Below are positions 59,731 to 64,000 of a stretch of DNA of 64,000 nt, one piece after another (within the stretch, counting starts at the first letter, position 1; each line of letters opens with the position of its first letter). The DNA is from an uncultured archaeon (GTDB taxonomy: Archaea; Thermoplasmatota; Penumbrarchaeia; JASLWR01), in NCBI GenBank assembly GCA_964430885.1, contig CAYSHM010000012.1:1-64000 (forward strand), given 5' to 3'. The position numbers and the translations under genes were made by a program. The notes under the pieces were generated by a model, which saw nothing but the letters and a program-made list of their open reading frames with translations, was not told the DNA's origin and ran no database searches.

Positions 59731-60978
59731 CTATAATACCTGCCAATTGTGGCGTATGTGGGTAAGGCCTTTTCCCTGAGCAGGGCTGTGGCCGATTATG
59801 AGTTTGACGGCACTCTTTTTGGAATCAAGTTTATCAGTATATCTCCCGCCCCACAGCTCAAGGTCCAATCTATAGGTCCCCTGCATCAAAGGGATTCTTT
59901 CGAGTCGCAAATTGATTTTTATCTTTCCGTCAATACCAGGAATATTAAATGAGTCCAAATGGGTATTGCTTTTGTATACGACCTTTTCCTTTTCATCGGT
60001 AATTATAAACGCAATATGCGGAGATTCGATGATATAATCATGTCTGGCTGACAGCTCCATCTCGATCTCAACATCATCCCCGGTCTTAACCTCTGCTCTT
60101 CGGGGCGCAATGTTTCCGATGGCCCCCAACACAAACCCATTATCGGTCTTACTTGCTTCTCGGGGTTCTGGAGTGCTGTTTTTATCGGATTTCTTCTTAT
60201 TCTTTTCATTATTGCTGTGATTGTCAATTCCGTAGGGTCCGAATGAACTCAGATATTTACCAGCCACCGAATCCGGTTCACCTTCATGCGTTATGGAACC
60301 TCTCTGTAAAAGCACAAGTCTGTCGCAAAGGAGCTTGATATCCCCCAGGCGGTGGGATACTATCACAATTGTTCGCCCTTCCCTTTTCATTTCCAATAGC
60401 TTCTCAATGCATTTATGTCTGAATGATTCATCGCCCACTGCGAAGATCTCATCAATTACAAGTATGTCTGGGTCCACGTGGATCATGCATGCGAAGGCCA
60501 GTCGGGCATACATTCCCGACGAGAAATTTTTGATCTTTACTTCGGGAAAATCCTGAAGTTCGGAGAAATCAAGAATACAATCATATGATCGGTTCCAAAC
60601 CTTCTTAGGGATTCCCATCAAGGCGCCGAAGATATAGATGTTCTCTCTAGCGGTCAATTCTCCTTGGAATCCAACGCCTAGTTCTAGAAATGGCGTCAAT
60701 TTACCACTGATCTCTACTCGGCCAGAATCGGGAACCAGTATCCTTGAAATGATCTTCAGCAGCGTGGATTTTCCAGAGCCGTTCTCCCCGATTATTCCGA
60801 CACACTGGCCTCGTGGGACCTTTATTGTTATGTCCCTGAGCACCTTTAGCTCCCGTTTTCCTGAAGTACCGGGGAAGAGATTTTCCCGTATGAATGTAGC
60901 TCTGCTCCTTTTCCGTTTATGCGGTATCTTGAATGATATGTTCACTGAGTCCAGTTCAATGGCATTATTTACATCCAT
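59731..60978 (-). CDS. wzt: Polysaccharide ABC exporter ATP-binding subunit with Wzt_C domain
   Basis: GENGSGKST, FSSGMYARLAF, IDEIFAVGD, VSH and a C-terminal Ig-like Wzt_C domain. Confidence 0.9.
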   Translation of the reverse strand: MDVNNAIELDSVNISFKIPHKRKRSRATFIRENLFPGTSGKRELKVLRDITIKVPRGQCVGIIGENGSGKSTLLKIISRILVPDSGRVEISGKLTPFLELGVGFQGELTARENIYIFGALMGIPKKVWNRSYDCILDFSELQDFPEVKIKNFSSGMYARLAFACMIHVDPDILVIDEIFAVGDESFRHKCIEKLLEMKREGRTIVIVSHRLGDIKLLCDRLVLLQRGSITHEGEPDSVAGKYLSSFGPYGIDNHSNNEKNKKKSDKNSTPEPREASKTDNGFVLGAIGNIAPRRAEVKTGDDVEIEMELSARHDYIIESPHIAFIITDEKEKVVYKSNTHLDSFNIPGIDGKIKINLRLERIPLMQGTYRLDLELWGGRYTDKLDSKKSAVKLIIGHSPAQGKGLTHIRHNWQVL

Positions 60979-60980
60979 TA

Positions 60981-61769
60981 TCAGACCACCTTACCAATTC
61001 TATTTTTCAGGCAATTGAAGATGATGACCCCCGAAAGCAGAATGAACAGACAGCTTGCTAGGGGATATATGAAAGTCTTTATTCCCGGAATGTTGCCGAA
61101 AATAAGAACCTCCCTTGAACCGGTTATAATATCCGAAAGCGGATTTATATGCATGAATCTCTCGTATCTATATGGAATTACTTTCATGGGATAGAAAATG
61201 GGCGTCGCAAAGAATCCTGCGAATATGACCACCTCCCATATATGAGAGATGTCTCTGAAGTATACATAAATGGGTGAAAGGGCCAAGGCCAATCCCAGTA
61301 TGAAAATGAACTCCAGCAGAAGGAAATAAGGAAAAATTAGTATGGTGGGAGTGATGCTAATTTCGAAAAAGAAGGATAGAATAATAATGAAAATGAAAAA
61401 AACACCTACTTCAAGTATTGTTTTGATCAGGGCGGTAAGAACGGCCGAGGCAGGAAGCAGCTCTCTGGGAAAGTAAACTTTTCGGACTATATAAGCATTA
61501 TCTCCTATGGCCCTCATTCCGTGTGTCGTACCGTAGGTGAAGCCTCTCCATAGCAGCACCCCTATGACAAGAAAAACCGAATATGGGGTATTTACCTCAA
61601 ATCTTCCAGGGAAAAAATAACTGAAAACAACGGTCAGTACAAGGATAGTAAAGGCGGGATTCAGAACCGACCAAAGAAATCCCAATGCCGAATTCCTGTA
61701 GTGAAGTTTCAGAGTTGTAAGGGCCAGTCTTTTGACCAGTTCCAACTTTTCCGCTGAGAGCTTGTACAT
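60981..61769 (-). CDS. wzm: Polysaccharide ABC-2 exporter permease
   Basis: YRNSALGFLWSVLNP, KVYFPRE, FRDISH, TPIFYP, NPL and 6 TMs. Confidence 0.9.
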   Translation of the reverse strand: MYKLSAEKLELVKRLALTTLKLHYRNSALGFLWSVLNPAFTILVLTVVFSYFFPGRFEVNTPYSVFLVIGVLLWRGFTYGTTHGMRAIGDNAYIVRKVYFPRELLPASAVLTALIKTILEVGVFFIFIIILSFFFEISITPTILIFPYFLLLEFIFILGLALALSPIYVYFRDISHIWEVVIFAGFFATPIFYPMKVIPYRYERFMHINPLSDIITGSREVLIFGNIPGIKTFIYPLASCLFILLSGVIIFNCLKNRIGKVV

Positions 61770-61904
61770 TTGAAGACCTTGAAATACCGATAAGTATTAT
61801 TGAATATGTAAATATTCCGGTATTGGAAAACTCCGCTGGTTTATGTTTCCCTGTTACGGGAGCCAGATAAAATGCGGTTTTTTGATATTAAAAGGCCAAG
61901 GCAG

Positions 61905-63530
61905 TTACCTGGAAACATGGAAATTATGTTGGAGAGCGGATCTTAGAAATTCCAAGAATATCGGAGCCGGTCTTTGTGGTTTGGATCGGAATTCAGGATG
62001 GAACTGACAGCCAAAGAAGAAGGGGTGGTCCTTGAGCTCCAATATCTCCATTCTCCTGCCATCTGGTGACTTGCCTGAGAAAATGAGATTTTCACCCTGT
62101 ATCCTTGAGATGTAATCCGGATTCACCTCATAGCGGTGCCTGTGTCTTTCCAGAATTTCTTCTGTCCCATAGATATCATAGGCTCTGCTGTCCTTGTTTA
62201 TCAATATCCTGTGGGCGCCTCTGCGCATTGTTGCCCCCATTCTATCCTCCTTCAACTGTTCTGGAAGCAGGTCTATAACAGGATGCGGAGTAGATTGGTC
62301 GAACTCAGTTCCATTTGCATCTTCAAGGCCAACTTGGTTCCTGGAATATTCTATTACTGCCATTTCAAATCCCAAACATATTCCCAGGAATGGAACTTTG
62401 TTATTCCTGGCATACTCTACAGCGGCGATTTTCCCCTCTATTCCCCTGATGCCGAAACCCCCTGGGATCAGGATGCCCTGAACGTTTTTGAGAATATTCC
62501 AAGCTTTTTCCCCCCTTTTGTCATCCCGTTCAAGATCTTCAGAACTCACCCATTTCATTATACAGTTAGTGTCAAGTTCGGAGCTTGAATGGGTCAATGC
62601 TTTGAGATGAGATATATAGGAATCCTTGAGCCCCGTATATTTACCGACCAAGGCTATCTTCACCTCTTTTTGCGGCTCGGTGAGCCTTCTAACATATACT
62701 TCCCATTCTGTTAGGTCAGGTGTTTGGGGATTGAGCTTTAATTTCTTCTGAATGATCGTCGATACGTTCTCTTCCTCAAACAGCAGGGGCACCTGGTGGA
62801 CCTGTTCCACATCATACACCGAAAAGACCTCTTCTTCCTTGATATTGCAGAAAAGAGATATTTTTCTTTTCACATTGTCCGAAAGGCGGTGTTTAGACCT
62901 GCACATGATGATATCGGGCTGTATTCCCACACGCATGAGTTCCTTCACGGAATGCTGGGTAGGCTTTGTCTTCTGTTCACCAACCACACCCAGTACCGGA
63001 ACCAATGTCGAATGGATCACTAGAACGTTTTTTTTACCATGCTTGTTTCTCAGTTCCCTTACAGCTTCCAGAAAAGGCATGGATTCGATATCGCCTACTG
63101 TCCCTCCGAGTTCGATAAGTGTGATCTCGGCTCCGGTATTTCGAGATACCTCTTCGAATCTGCTGATGATCTCATTCATTATGTGCGGGATGATCTGGAC
63201 GGTCTTGCCGAGATATTCACCCTTTCTTTCCTTCTGGATAACGGATTGGTACACCTTTCCAGTGGTAATATTGTGTTCAGAGGTCAGATTGATGTCCAGA
63301 AATCTTTCATAATTCCCTAGGTCTAGGTCAACTTCCGTTCCATCATCAAGTACAAAAACCTCTCCATGCTCAAAGGGATTCATTGTTCCTGCATCCACAT
63401 TGAGATATGGATCTACCTTTATAACGGTGATTTTATAACCGCATTCCTTCAGAAGAAGACCAATGGAAGAAGTGATCACGCCCTTGCCCAATCCGGACAG
63501 GACCCCGCCGGCAACTACTATGAACTTCAT
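61905..63530 (-). CDS. pyrG: CTP synthase
   Basis: [49 protein letters not shown] and QFHPEF. Confidence 0.97.
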   Translation of the reverse strand: MKFIVVAGGVLSGLGKGVITSSIGLLLKECGYKITVIKVDPYLNVDAGTMNPFEHGEVFVLDDGTEVDLDLGNYERFLDINLTSEHNITTGKVYQSVIQKERKGEYLGKTVQIIPHIMNEIISRFEEVSRNTGAEITLIELGGTVGDIESMPFLEAVRELRNKHGKKNVLVIHSTLVPVLGVVGEQKTKPTQHSVKELMRVGIQPDIIMCRSKHRLSDNVKRKISLFCNIKEEEVFSVYDVEQVHQVPLLFEEENVSTIIQKKLKLNPQTPDLTEWEVYVRRLTEPQKEVKIALVGKYTGLKDSYISHLKALTHSSSELDTNCIMKWVSSEDLERDDKRGEKAWNILKNVQGILIPGGFGIRGIEGKIAAVEYARNNKVPFLGICLGFEMAVIEYSRNQVGLEDANGTEFDQSTPHPVIDLLPEQLKEDRMGATMRRGAHRILINKDSRAYDIYGTEEILERHRHRYEVNPDYISRIQGENLIFSGKSPDGRRMEILELKDHPFFFGCQFHPEFRSKPQRPAPIFLEFLRSALQHNFHVSR

Positions 63531-63669
63531 AATATCAACGGGAACCTGAAAAAGTGTTTGAACAATATATAACTTCCCACCAAAGTAGGAGATGGTTGGA
63601 ATTTAAAGGATAATTCACAGAAAAAGAAATTCTTTTTTGATCTTAGACTTACTGAAAAAAGTAGCTAGA

Positions 63670-64000
63670 TCATCCCCAACCATTGGGTGAATCAAAGGTT
63701 GTTATATCAAAAACACCGCATGAATGAAGCAGATCCCCGCACTTCTGTTTCTCTGTATGGGTAGCCTCGATTTCCATGCCAAGCTCAACTTTCTGTGAGG
63801 CATCCCTCTGGTATTCCACCCCGAACACGATCTCGAAGCCCAGATCTCTGGACTTATTCTTCTCGGTGAAGTGATCATAGAAATTGATGTTTGCCATAAC
63901 CCCCGCGCTTTTCACATGATCAACCAGCTGTCTTACTTCCTGCCGTAGGTTCTTCTCGTACCCCACGGAACCCTTTCCCCTTCCCTTCTTGGAATAGAGA
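63670..64000 (-). CDS. C-terminal part of an unidentified protein truncated by the window edge
   Basis: The frame of the 63670..63966 ORF stays open to the window end (LYSKKGRGKGSVGYEK...). Confidence 0.55.
   Translation of the reverse strand, partial: LYSKKGRGKGSVGYEKNLRQEVRQLVDHVKSAGVMANINFYDHFTEKNKSRDLGFEIVFGVEYQRDASQKVELGMEIEATHTEKQKCGDLLHSCGVFDITTFDSPNGWG

Noticed and set aside
577-63572. Numerous 60-190 aa antisense or nested ORFs in the ORF track
   Set aside because: They lie within long, well-supported genes and show no motifs, so they are treated as shadow ORFs.

Overview
Chromosomal window from an archaeon, most likely Thermoplasmatota. Markers are PriL, DTD2-type deacylase, SepF, geranylgeranyl reductase, Dph6, a DUF6015-like protein, TATA-type promoters and an archaeal tRNA-Pro. 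More than half of the window encodes very large surface or secreted proteins. (1) A ~3,400-aa single-pass protein with a seven-repeat FG-GAP (integrin-alpha-like) propeller carrying inserted domains, an 8 x 285-nt Ig-like stalk, a cytoplasmic longin-like domain and an acidic tail. (2) A ~4,600-aa secreted beta-helix/Ca-binding-repeat protein, split from its signal peptide by an (AATA)n repeat frameshift and ending in a metzincin-like domain with Glu replaced by Gln. It is followed by a single-pass receptor-like protein with a cytoplasmic tandem winged-HTH and a soluble paralogue of that HTH module. (3) Three more single-pass proteins with proline-rich cytoplasmic tails. The rest is DNA repair (MrfA/MrfB-like helicase-exonuclease pair, xth, bacterial-type NAD-dependent ligA), a Dph6-family gene overlapping a class I glutamine amidotransferase, an HDAC-family deacetylase, glutaminyl cyclase, a CcdA-like protein, Wzm/Wzt and pyrG. 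I saw no CRISPR array, rRNA, integrase, transposase or reverse transcriptase. All family calls come from motif recognition by eye, with no database search.
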